DNA of 64,000 nucleotides, from NCBI GenBank assembly GCA_045803545.1, contig JBJMOW010000005.1:384001-448000 (forward strand). The letters are read 5' to 3'. Within the stretch, counting starts at the first letter, position 1, and the number at the start of each line of letters is the position of its first letter. A program made the translations under genes and the position numbers. The notes below the pieces were generated by a model. The model made no database searches and was not told the origin of the DNA. It worked only from the letters and a program-made list of their open reading frames with translations. Source of the DNA: Gemmatimonadaceae bacterium (GTDB taxonomy: Bacteria > Gemmatimonadota > Gemmatimonadetes > Gemmatimonadales > Gemmatimonadaceae). This document shows positions 10,772 to 21,528 of this stretch, piece by piece.

Positions 10772-11184
10772 TACCTGGCCTCGGGCGGCTCGGCGACTAG
10801 TCCGATATCACCGACGCCCGCCGCTCTCATGATCGCCAGCACGCGCACGACTGTGCCGTAAGGGACGCCATCGTCGGCGCGCAGGTAGACCCCGCCGGTG
10901 CCGCGACGGTTTGCCAGCGCTTTGAAGCTTGCTGAGAACTGACTGAAGCTGAGACGCACATCATCAACATAGACCGCACCAGCGCGATCGATGGTCACCG
11001 TCAACCCGCTCTTCGATTCCAGCGGCCGCGACTCCGCTTTTGGCAGAGAGATGTCGACGCCGCCCTGCATCATGGGAGCCGTGATCATGAAGATGATCAT
11101 CAGCAACATCATCACGTCGATCAGGCTGACCACGTTGATCTCCGCGTTCAGTGCCAGGCGATCGCGACCGCGACGGCGCGCCAC
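10771..11184 (-). CDS. tolR: TolR/ExbD
   Basis: AEINVVSLIDVMMLLMIIFMITAP; LRADDGVPYGTVV. Confidence 0.92.
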   Translation of the reverse strand: MARRRGRDRLALNAEINVVSLIDVMMLLMIIFMITAPMMQGGVDISLPKAESRPLESKSGLTVTIDRAGAVYVDDVRLSFSQFSASFKALANRRGTGGVYLRADDGVPYGTVVRVLAIMRAAGVGDIGLVAEPPEAR

Positions 11185-11900
11185 TAGATCATTCCCTCGC
11201 GCACCATCAGCGCGATCAGCTCAGAGCCGAAGCTATCGAGCTCGCCTTCGATTCGGTTGAGACGCGCAGCAAAAATGTTGTACGCGAACACCGCGGGAAT
11301 TGCTACGCTCAACGCAGCTGCTGTTGCGATCAGCGCTTCCGCGACGCCAGGCGCGACCGCACCAATATTGCCCGATCCCTTCGCCGCGATTCCAACGAAG
11401 GCGTCGATGACGCCGAGCACGGTGCCAAGCAGTCCGATCAGCGGACTCACGGATCCGATGGTGGCGAGCGAAGCGACGAAGCGGGCAAGCCTGTCACGCT
11501 CCGTCGAAGTCTCGGCGGCGAGCACGAGCTGAAGCGCTTCGACCTGGGCTCCGCTGAAGCGCGCAGAACGCTCCGATGTGCCGGCGAGCGCGGGCCGAGT
11601 CTCCTCGATGAAGCGAGTCGCCCGCTCCATGACCTTCGCCGGCGGCCCGCCACTTTCGCTCGCCATCTGTTGCGCGCGGGCGAGCGTTGGCATTCCGGCA
11701 AACTCCCGCTCGAAACTCTGGGTGATGCGGAGCGCGCGACGCAGCTCGTACCACTTGGCGAAAATGATCATCCAGCTGATCAACGACAGGATGATCAGAA
11801 TGAACAACACCACTTTGGTGGCAGTCGTTGAATTGGTGACCAGCTCCGCTGGTGAGGTGGGGATTCCCTGCCCGACCTGGAGCAGCATTAAACCGGTCAC
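11184..11900 (-). CDS. tolQ: TolQ/ExbB proton channel
   Basis: LATIGSVSPLIGLLGTVLG, VAPGVAEALIATA, VAIPAVFAYN. Confidence 0.92.
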   Translation of the reverse strand: MTGLMLLQVGQGIPTSPAELVTNSTTATKVVLFILIILSLISWMIIFAKWYELRRALRITQSFEREFAGMPTLARAQQMASESGGPPAKVMERATRFIEETRPALAGTSERSARFSGAQVEALQLVLAAETSTERDRLARFVASLATIGSVSPLIGLLGTVLGVIDAFVGIAAKGSGNIGAVAPGVAEALIATAAALSVAIPAVFAYNIFAARLNRIEGELDSFGSELIALMVREGMI

Positions 11901-12859
11901 GTCACCGCCTCACTCAACTGCTCGGCCGCCCACTTGTAGGATAGAGAAAGTCCTTCTTCCAATCCCACCTGCGGGGTCCAGCCAAGCAGCTGCTTCGCCT
12001 TCTCGACGTTTACATACGATTCCTGCTGCTCGCCGGGACGGTGAGGAGCAAATTCTACCGGTACGTTGCTGCCCGCTGCAGCCTGCAGTTTGCGCGCGAT
12101 CTCGATTACGGGTGTGCCAACACCGGTGCCAACGTTGAACGCGCGCGCATCCATTCTGCCTTTTTCAGGCAGCGGCTTGGTGCCCGCGAGGAAAACGGCG
12201 CGCGCGACATCTCCAACGTAGACGTAGTCGCGCGTCTGCATCCCGTCGCCAAAGATCGTCAGCGGCTTGTTGCTGAGAATGCGGCCGCAGAAAATCGCGA
12301 CCACTCCCGCTTCGCCGTGCGGATCCTGCCGCGGCCCGTAGACATTGCCAAACCTCACCGCAACCGCTTCCTGTCCGTGCACACGCCCGTAGTACGCGAG
12401 GTAGAGCTCGATACTCAGCTTCGAGATCGCATACGGAGATTCCGGATCCTTCGGATACGTCTCGAGGTTCGGCGGAGTGTTGAAGTCGCCGTAGAGCACC
12501 CCACCCGTCGACGTGAAAACCACGCGGCTCTTGAAGTCGCTCTTTCTCAGCGCCTCCATCATGTTGAGCGTGCCGAGGATATTGATGGTGGCGTCATGGA
12601 CCGGATCGGCGACGCTCTTTCGCACATCGATCTGCGACGCGAGATGCGCGATCACGTCATATCGACCCTTTCCTGCCAGATCTGCGAAATCGCGCGAGTT
12701 GACGCTGACCTCGTAGAACCGTGCTTTCTCGGGCAGATTTCGGCGTTTACCGGTGGCGAGGTTATCGACAATATCGACTTGATAGCCTTTCTCCAGAAAG
12801 AGATCGGCTACGTGCGATCCGATAAACCCAGCGCCGCCGGTGACGAGCGCTTTAGGCAA
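11897..12859 (-). CDS. NAD-dependent NDP-sugar epimerase (UDP-glucose 4-epimerase-like)
   Basis: ALVTGGAGFIGSH, SPYAISK, RFGNVYGPRQ; start trimmed to TTG 12859 with GAGGA upstream. Confidence 0.9.
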   Translation of the reverse strand: MPKALVTGGAGFIGSHVADLFLEKGYQVDIVDNLATGKRRNLPEKARFYEVSVNSRDFADLAGKGRYDVIAHLASQIDVRKSVADPVHDATINILGTLNMMEALRKSDFKSRVVFTSTGGVLYGDFNTPPNLETYPKDPESPYAISKLSIELYLAYYGRVHGQEAVAVRFGNVYGPRQDPHGEAGVVAIFCGRILSNKPLTIFGDGMQTRDYVYVGDVARAVFLAGTKPLPEKGRMDARAFNVGTGVGTPVIEIARKLQAAAGSNVPVEFAPHRPGEQQESYVNVEKAKQLLGWTPQVGLEEGLSLSYKWAAEQLSEAVT

Positions 12860-14144
12860 TGTCTTTGGTATCCTCTGGTTTCGGATCGTGGCTGTCACCG
12901 CGCTCGAGGGCAAAGAGGTAGCGCGCGGCATCGACCACGCCGAGTCCCCGACCATTGGCGGCGGCGGCTTTGAGTCGAACGCTTGGCTCGTGCAGGAATT
13001 TGTTCATCAGTGATTTTGAGAATTGCTCGATCGCATCAGCTTGTTCGGGCGACAGCGGGCCGATGCGCTTGAGGGCTGCCGCAAGCTCCGTGCTTCGCAG
13101 CCGGTCCATCTCGTCGCGAAACTCGCGGACTACCGGTACTGCGGCAAGAGCCGCTACCCAGTCCCAAAACTTTTGTACCTCTTCCGCAATGACTTCTCTC
13201 GCGGCGGGGATGTCTTCCTCTCTGCGCTCGAGATTTGCCGCGGCAGCGGCGCGCAGATCATCGAGATCGTAGAGGAACACGTTGTCGAGCGTTCCCACAG
13301 CGGGATCGACATCGCGTGGCAACGCAATGTCGAGAATGCAAAGCGGACGATCGCCACGCGCTCTGATCGCATCGCTCACTCGATTCAGAGTGACCACCGG
13401 CACCGGCGCCGCCGTCGAGCAAATGAGAACGTCGACTTCGCGGAGCGAATCCCAGCACTGCTCGTAATGCATCGCCGTCGCGCCATGACGCTCGGCGAGC
13501 GTGCGGGCCCGATCGTGAGTGCGATTAGCCACGATCGCAACGCGGACCCCTTCGCTCAACAAACACTCGAGCGCCAGCTCTGCGACCTCACCGGCACCAA
13601 GTACCATCGCGCGCCTGCCTGCGAGTCCGCCAAAGATTTTCTTGGCGAGCTGAACTGCCGCCGAGCTCACTGATGCCGCGCCACGACCGATGCCGGTCTC
13701 TTCGCGCGCGCGCGACCCAGCGAGCAACGCGCTCTGGAACATTCGGTTCAGAATCGGCCCCGATTGAGAGCGCGACTGTTCCCAGGCGTCCTTTACCTGC
13801 CCGTGGATCTGCGCTTCGCCGAGTATCATGGAGTCGAGCCCCGCCGCAACGGAGAACAAATGCGCGGTGACTTCACGCTCGCGGTGAACGTACATGTACG
13901 TCTCGGCACCCTCACCGAGTCGCCCGGCGTAGAGCGCAGTGATGCGCGGAGTGAAATCCTCGCTCTCCGCGACGGCGTAAACCTCGGTGCGGTTGCAGGT
14001 CGAGAGCACGACGCCTTCGCGTATTACACCCTCTTCCTTCAGGGACGACAGCGCGTGCAACGACTCGCGCGCATTGAGAGCGAGCTTCTCTCGCACTTCG
14101 ATGGGGGCGGTGGCGTGGCTGACGCCTGCGACGATCAGCGCCAT
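12852..14144 (-). CDS. hemA: Glutamyl-tRNA reductase
   Basis: GVSHATAPIEVREK, LSTCNRTEVY, GLDSMILGEAQI, DIALPRDVD. Confidence 0.97.
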   Translation of the reverse strand: MALIVAGVSHATAPIEVREKLALNARESLHALSSLKEEGVIREGVVLSTCNRTEVYAVAESEDFTPRITALYAGRLGEGAETYMYVHREREVTAHLFSVAAGLDSMILGEAQIHGQVKDAWEQSRSQSGPILNRMFQSALLAGSRAREETGIGRGAASVSSAAVQLAKKIFGGLAGRRAMVLGAGEVAELALECLLSEGVRVAIVANRTHDRARTLAERHGATAMHYEQCWDSLREVDVLICSTAAPVPVVTLNRVSDAIRARGDRPLCILDIALPRDVDPAVGTLDNVFLYDLDDLRAAAAANLERREEDIPAAREVIAEEVQKFWDWVAALAAVPVVREFRDEMDRLRSTELAAALKRIGPLSPEQADAIEQFSKSLMNKFLHEPSVRLKAAAANGRGLGVVDAARYLFALERGDSHDPKPEDTKDIA

Positions 14145-14740
14145 GAGTCCAACCTGTCGACGAACGTGCCGTTCTCGACCGAGTTGCAGAAATCAGTGTC
14201 CAGCAACTTCGACGACACGTCCTGCCATCGATCATCACCGCTGGCGAGTGAGCGCGCGCGCAAGCCGCGCAGCACCGACACCGCTTGCTCGTACCGACTG
14301 TCGAAACGCTCCGCGATCGCATCGCGAATCCGCGCCGCCGCGCCAGGCACACCACCGGCTGAAACCGCGATCGTGACATCACCCGACCGATGCAGCGCCA
14401 TCGTGTGAAAATTTCCCTCGTCGGGAAAATCGGTGATGTTCACGAGTTGTCCGTTCGCGTTCGCGTCGATGGCGATTTGTGCATTGGCTTCGCGCGAATC
14501 GGTTGCGGCGACGACGAGGTTCGCGCCCTCTAGCTGGCCTGTCTCGTATTCATCGCGTATGACTGTGATTCGATGCTGGCGCTCGGCTTCCACGAGCTCG
14601 TCGTTCATTCGCGGCGCAACGACGGTTACCTGGGCTCCCGCGTCCGCGAGAGCGAGAGCCTTTCGCGTTCCCACCGAGCCTCCCCCGACGACGACCGCCT
14701 TGATACGCTCACCGTGGAGGGCGATTGCGAAATCACTCAC
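14135..14740 (-). CDS. Precorrin-2 dehydrogenase / sirohydrochlorin ferrochelatase (SirC/CysG N-terminal type)
   Basis: VVVGGGSVGTRK, LVVAATD..AN, IAVSAGGVP; start trimmed to GTG 14740 overlapping the upstream stop (GTGA). Confidence 0.9.
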   Translation of the reverse strand: MSDFAIALHGERIKAVVVGGGSVGTRKALALADAGAQVTVVAPRMNDELVEAERQHRITVIRDEYETGQLEGANLVVAATDSREANAQIAIDANANGQLVNITDFPDEGNFHTMALHRSGDVTIAVSAGGVPGAAARIRDAIAERFDSRYEQAVSVLRGLRARSLASGDDRWQDVSSKLLDTDFCNSVENGTFVDRLDSWR

Positions 14741-15543
14741 AGGAACTGGCCCCGATTGAGTGACGCGAGTCGGAAAACCACGTACAACAACACAACGCTG
14801 CCGAAGGTGACCGCCGACATCAGCGCGGCTCGTCTCGCCTGCCAGCCGCGCAATACGCGACCGAGCACGAGGGCGCTGACCGCCAGCCACGCGGCGAGTC
14901 CCCAAATCAGCTGCGGGAGCACCAGCGCTCGATACTCGAGCGAGTAGGCGGCAGCGAGCGCGACACCGAGCGTCAGGCCGAGGAAGCCGGCAATCGAGGC
15001 GAGATGATTGACTCGATCGAGGGTCTCGAGGGGCGGAAAGAATCGAAAGATCGCGCCGAAGCGGGCGGATTTCAGCTCGCGACGCGCGACGAGGTACATC
15101 GTGCCCGCTGCCGCTGCGGTCGCGTAGGCGGCGATGCCGATAAAGCTGAGGACGATGTGCATCGTGAGCCACACGGCGCGCGCGCCTTGCGGCTCGAGAA
15201 ATGGGTGCAGACCAGCGACGTTCCCGACCATCGTCACGACTGCAGCCACTGGAGCCGCCACCAGCGTGAGACTCACTTCGCGGGCGAGGCTTTCCACGAC
15301 GACGAGCGAGATCGCCAGCACCAGCCCGGCGAACGAGAGCGCGGGACCGAGGCCGGTCAGCGACGCCGCACCACTCTGCCGAGTGAGGGTAGCGAGTGCG
15401 GTCGCATGGGCACCGATCCCCAGCAACAGCGCCAGCACCACGCCGAACACCGGCGCCTTGACGCGTCTGGCAAACGGCAAAGCCGCGACGGCCGAAGCCG
15501 CCAGGTAGAACGTGACGGCCGCGAAGTGAGCGATCGCAATCAT
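14737..15543 (-). CDS. Cytochrome c assembly protein CcsA/HemX family
   Basis: About 8 hydrophobic spans, WLTMHI, PPLETLDRVN; upstream of hemA. Confidence 0.85.
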   Translation of the reverse strand: MIAIAHFAAVTFYLAASAVAALPFARRVKAPVFGVVLALLLGIGAHATALATLTRQSGAASLTGLGPALSFAGLVLAISLVVVESLAREVSLTLVAAPVAAVVTMVGNVAGLHPFLEPQGARAVWLTMHIVLSFIGIAAYATAAAAGTMYLVARRELKSARFGAIFRFFPPLETLDRVNHLASIAGFLGLTLGVALAAAYSLEYRALVLPQLIWGLAAWLAVSALVLGRVLRGWQARRAALMSAVTFGSVVLLYVVFRLASLNRGQFL

Positions 15544-15559
15544 TGACGCGAAATCTAAC

Positions 15560-15591
15560 AAAAAGCCCCGCGAACTTGATCGCGGGGCTTT
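15560..15591 (-). terminator. Intrinsic terminator after the LysM gene
   Basis: aaagccccgcga / tcgcggggcttt stem with a U-tract on the minus strand. Confidence 0.85.
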
Positions 15592-15615
15592 GGTAAAGCG
15601 TGATTTCTTGGATAC

Positions 15616-16851
15616 TTATGGCATCTTGCCTGTCAGGCGCACCGGCATTCCATCCCGAATGGTCGGCTGTTCCTGGTGGACAATGATCGCCGTGGCGGAA
15701 AACGGAGTTACGCGAACTACCTGGCCAACGCCGGCAACCACCGGGGGCGCCGCATCGTTGTCCGCTCTGCCGGTAGTGTTGTCGATGAAGGTGACTTCGT
15801 CGCCAACCGTCAGACCGTTGGACGAGTTGTTCGAAATGATCACGTAGTGGCCGATCGAAGGCAGCACCGGCTCGTTGTGCACATAGACAACTTCGCCGCG
15901 TGGGCCGCCCGAGACCGGAGAAAGGCTGCCGTCGGGCAGCATGATCTCCGCCGCCGCGATCACGGGCTGATCCAGCTTGATCTCGGCGAACTGGCGGACA
16001 ATACGCGCGACAGGGCGCTGACCAGCCGGCAGTCGTTCGATTTGCAGAATTCCGGTCGGAATGATTACCTGACCGTTCCTGCCCAGATCGGGACCGAGCG
16101 TGTACGACATGTACCTATCGCCAAGTCTCGCCGTCGCGCCGCGAGGCAGCTCCGTGTACAGAGCATCATTCAGCTGATAGCGGGACTGCACGATGGTGGT
16201 TTTGATGCCGGGGCGATCGACGCTGGAGACGAGACGGCCGGCCCCACGGGGGCCGCGATCGGCATACGGGGCCGCTTCGATTTCCCCTCTCCGTACCGGA
16301 CTCTGACGAGCACGGCCGATGACTTCGCCGCTCGCCGCTGCTGCGGCCGTGGCGGCTGCGACGCGGCTCATTGGCGACGCGAAGATGGTGAGATCGGAAC
16401 GTCCGCCCACAACCTGTGACTGCTGCACGGTACTGGTCGCGACATGAGAGACGACTTCGCCCGCGCTGTCGGCGCGAGCGAGTGCGTCCGCCTTTACTTC
16501 ATTGCCCCAGATGCGGATTACTTCGCCCGGATAAATCCAGTGCGGGTCCTTCACGACGTCCGTGTTGCGGCGGAAGATCTCCGGCCAGCGGAACGGATTC
16601 TTCAAGTATGCTTGCGCGAGATCCCAGAGCGTGTCGCCCTTCTTGACGACGTGCTTCACTTCCCTGGTGGTGTCGGTCGTCATGACGAGGTTGTTCGTCG
16701 TGTCGACCTGAGCCGCGGTTGTGTCGGGAGGTGTCGGGTTCTGTGCGAGAGCCGCTGCGCCGGAAATCGTCAGCGCGGCGACGACTGTAATGGCGCTGAG
16801 GCCGGATCTAATTGCGATTAATGACGATGGCGTGCGGGTGTGACGGCTCAC
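15616..16851 (-). CDS. Exported LysM-domain protein
   Basis: Signal-like N-terminus; [36 protein letters not shown]. Confidence 0.88.
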   Translation of the reverse strand: MSRHTRTPSSLIAIRSGLSAITVVAALTISGAAALAQNPTPPDTTAAQVDTTNNLVMTTDTTREVKHVVKKGDTLWDLAQAYLKNPFRWPEIFRRNTDVVKDPHWIYPGEVIRIWGNEVKADALARADSAGEVVSHVATSTVQQSQVVGGRSDLTIFASPMSRVAAATAAAAASGEVIGRARQSPVRRGEIEAAPYADRGPRGAGRLVSSVDRPGIKTTIVQSRYQLNDALYTELPRGATARLGDRYMSYTLGPDLGRNGQVIIPTGILQIERLPAGQRPVARIVRQFAEIKLDQPVIAAAEIMLPDGSLSPVSGGPRGEVVYVHNEPVLPSIGHYVIISNNSSNGLTVGDEVTFIDNTTGRADNDAAPPVVAGVGQVVRVTPFSATAIIVHQEQPTIRDGMPVRLTGKMP

Positions 16852-16980
16852 TCGTGCTCCGGGACTTAACGGATTGACATTGGCCCGCTTAGGGCGGGTC
16901 AGTCATTGGACGGCCGTAGTTGGGGGAAAGTCACTCTCGGTGACTCGGCGTATGGAGCCGTGTGCCTGGCTGACATCCAG

Positions 16981-17132
16981 AATACAAAAGCCCGGAGCTT
17001 CCAGCTTTGGGAGCTGCTAAGCGCCGGGCTCGGTTTTGATTTGTCCTGCCCGCGAACCCGGATGAAAGCGCGCTTCCAACCGTGCTGGGCGCTAACTAGC
17101 TCCCTAAGCTGGGAGCTCCCGGCTTCTGTATT
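16981..17132. repeat. Long imperfect inverted-repeat element, copy 1 (REPIN/MITE-like)
   Basis: Arms 16981-17035 and 17078-17132 are complementary at 45 of 55 positions (hand count); homologous to 24495-24660. Confidence 0.88.
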
Positions 17133-17173
17133 GTACGCGCCAGTCGAAGCCCCCAGATCCCTACTCCGAGATA

Positions 17174-17674
17174 CTAGAAAGGCAGATCGTCGTCCGTCTC
17201 TTCCAGCGCCCCCGGGAAATCCTCGAAGTCGTTGCCACCCGCGTTGGACGTGGCGGCCTTGGCGCCGGCAGCGGCCGGAGCACGGCTGCGACCGCTGTTC
17301 TCGCCGTCAACGTCGCCCTGAGAGCCGCGACCCCCGCCGAGCATTGTCAACTCACGCACATTGATCTCGGTGCTGTAGCGGGTCTGGTTGTCTTTGTCCT
17401 GCCACTGGCGATACTCGATGCGGCCCTCGACGTAGATCTTGTCGCCTTTCTTACAGTATTTCTCGACGACGTCGGCGAGGCCGGAGCCTTTGGTGTTCCA
17501 CACCACGCAGCGATGCCACTCCGTCTTCTCCTGCTTCTCACCATTCGGCGAATTCCACTGCCGGCTCGTGGCAAGCGAGAACGTAGCGACGCGGTTGCCG
17601 CCGGTGGTCGACCGCACTTCCGGATCGCTGCCCAGGTTTCCGATCAGCATCACCTTATTCAGACTTCTGCTCAC
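17174..17674 (-). CDS. ssb: Single-stranded DNA-binding protein
   Basis: LNKVMLIGNLGSDPEVR, TEWHR, C-terminal DDDLPF. Confidence 0.98.
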   Translation of the reverse strand: MSRSLNKVMLIGNLGSDPEVRSTTGGNRVATFSLATSRQWNSPNGEKQEKTEWHRCVVWNTKGSGLADVVEKYCKKGDKIYVEGRIEYRQWQDKDNQTRYSTEINVRELTMLGGGRGSQGDVDGENSGRSRAPAAAGAKAATSNAGGNDFEDFPGALEETDDDLPF

Positions 17675-17759
17675 TTTGCCTCCTGGCGAGAGAATTCGTT
17701 CCCCGCCGCGAATAGTATAGATCGGGGTCCGACCCCGGGCAAACCAACAATTTCAGCGA

Positions 17760-18248
17760 TCAGCAAAACTTCCCGCAGACTCCCCTCTCGTCGCCGGCGG
17801 GCTCCAACTGCAGGCGCATCACCAAGGCATCTTCGACCGGGCGCCGATAGTAATTCCGCCGGCGTCCGATTTCCTTGAACCCACGCGAGCCATACAGAGC
17901 GCGCGCGGCACGATTCGATTCGCGCACCTCGAGAAAAGCAGTCCGGACACCAGTACCATCGAGCTGGATGAGAACTGCATCGAGCATCTGGCCGGCGAAA
18001 CCACGACCGCGATAGTCCGGGTCGACGGCGACGTTCAACAGCTCAGCATCTGCCCCCACCGAGAACGCGATGATATACCCGACAACAGCGCTCTCCGGCG
18101 GCACGACGACAACGTGAAAGATAGCAGCCTGGCCTCCCAGAATGCGCTGAAAAGATTCTTCACTCCAGGGGTCAGCAAAGGAGGTGCGCTCGATGCGGAC
18201 GATCTCCGCGACATCCGATGATTGGGCGGGCCGCAGCAGCGCGGTCAC
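17760..18248 (-). CDS. rimI: Ribosomal-protein alanine N-acetyltransferase (GNAT)
   Basis: NVAVDPDYRGRG, FLEVRESN, RRNYY...EDALVM; GTG start overlapping tsaB stop. Confidence 0.92.
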   Translation of the reverse strand: MTALLRPAQSSDVAEIVRIERTSFADPWSEESFQRILGGQAAIFHVVVVPPESAVVGYIIAFSVGADAELLNVAVDPDYRGRGFAGQMLDAVLIQLDGTGVRTAFLEVRESNRAARALYGSRGFKEIGRRRNYYRRPVEDALVMRLQLEPAGDERGVCGKFC

Positions 18249-18955
18249 GTCGTCAGCGGTCGCCCGTGCGTCGCTTCCCATCGCACCTGCGCCTCGGCAA
18301 GTCGTCCATAGTCGGGCTCCCAGGCCGCCAAATCAACTGGACCGCCGCTGAGAATGCTTTCCAGGATCGGAGCGACGCCGCGCGCGTGGGGATGAGCGTC
18401 GACGCTCTGGCCGGGCCCGATCACTCGAAGGCCCCGTCGCGATCCCAGCACACCGAGGTCGTCGGCACTGATGATTCTGGGTGGCTCCGATTGTTGCGGC
18501 GGCTCATTGCCGGGCACCACGATGCGGGCAGCGTAGAATTCGCCACGCATTGCGTCCAGAACCGAGAGATATTCCCCGTGGGGGGCCGGCGGTTTGGCGC
18601 CAGTCACAGTCAGCAACAGGGATGACACCGCGTAAAGCGGGACGCCAAGTCCAAACGCCAATCCTTTGGCGACTGAACCAGCGACCCTGAGGCTCGTGAA
18701 ACTCCCGGGACCGCTGCCGCAAACGATTCGGCCAATCTGCGAGCGATCGATCCCGGCCTCCTCCAGACACTCGGCGATCGCCGGCATCAGCTTCTCTCCA
18801 CGACCAGCTCGCGACACCGAACCATCATCGGCGCCAATCGTCCGCTCGGAGAGTACGCGACCTTCGGTGATGAGCGCGACGCTTCCACTATACGTCGAGC
18901 CATCGATGGCAAGCGTGTGAGCGGGTTTTTGAATGCGGGCGTTTTTCTCGGACAT
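18245..18955 (-). CDS. tsaB: t6A biosynthesis protein TsaB
   Basis: LAIDGST, GSGPGSFTSLRV, LDAMRGEFY. Confidence 0.93.
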   Translation of the reverse strand: MSEKNARIQKPAHTLAIDGSTYSGSVALITEGRVLSERTIGADDGSVSRAGRGEKLMPAIAECLEEAGIDRSQIGRIVCGSGPGSFTSLRVAGSVAKGLAFGLGVPLYAVSSLLLTVTGAKPPAPHGEYLSVLDAMRGEFYAARIVVPGNEPPQQSEPPRIISADDLGVLGSRRGLRVIGPGQSVDAHPHARGVAPILESILSGGPVDLAAWEPDYGRLAEAQVRWEATHGRPLTT

Positions 18956-19018
18956 TCGATTGCCGTGGGAGCTCACCAATACTACAGCGGTGCCGGCACT
19001 AAGCAGCAGCTACGGGAC

Positions 19019-19473
19019 TTACCCAGCGAGAAGAATCCGCCGCGCCGGATCGTCGGGAACGTAATCCAGATCGATTGGAAGATGATCTTGGGGAAGCCGC
19101 GAGCCCGCACGCTCCGGCCACTCGATCAGCACCAAAGCGCGCGATGACACGATTTCGTCCCACCCGAGATTCGTGAGCTGCTCCGGTGAATCGAGACGGT
19201 AAAGGTCGATGTGGAATACCGCCGATTTCGGCGCGCGATATTCGTGGATCAATGCGTAGGTTGGACTCGTGATCTCATCCAACACGCCGTAGCCGCGACA
19301 GATTGCCTGCGCCAGCGTCGTCTTTCCAACTCCCAGCTCGCCGGTCAGCGTGATCAACAATGGTGGCGAGATTGCGCGTCCGAGCTCTTCACCCCAGTGA
19401 CGGAGCTCGCTCTCATCGAGAGTGAGGTGCCCCCTGGTGGCGTAGGGCGGGACGACGTGACGGTGCGCCGGCA

Positions 19474-19474
<1 letters not shown>
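19019..19474 (-). CDS. tsaE: t6A ATPase TsaE
   Basis: GELGVGKTT, ITSPTYAL, HIDLYRL, IEWPER. Confidence 0.96.

Positions 19475-21508
<2,034 letters not shown>

Positions 21509-21528
<20 letters not shown>

Noticed and set aside
16981..17132. Long hairpin as 6S RNA, a CRISPR array or an IS remnant
   Set aside because: No central bubble typical of 6S and two dispersed copies; no repeat-spacer periodicity or cas genes; no transposase fragment or clear target-site duplication. An Rfam scan is still advisable.
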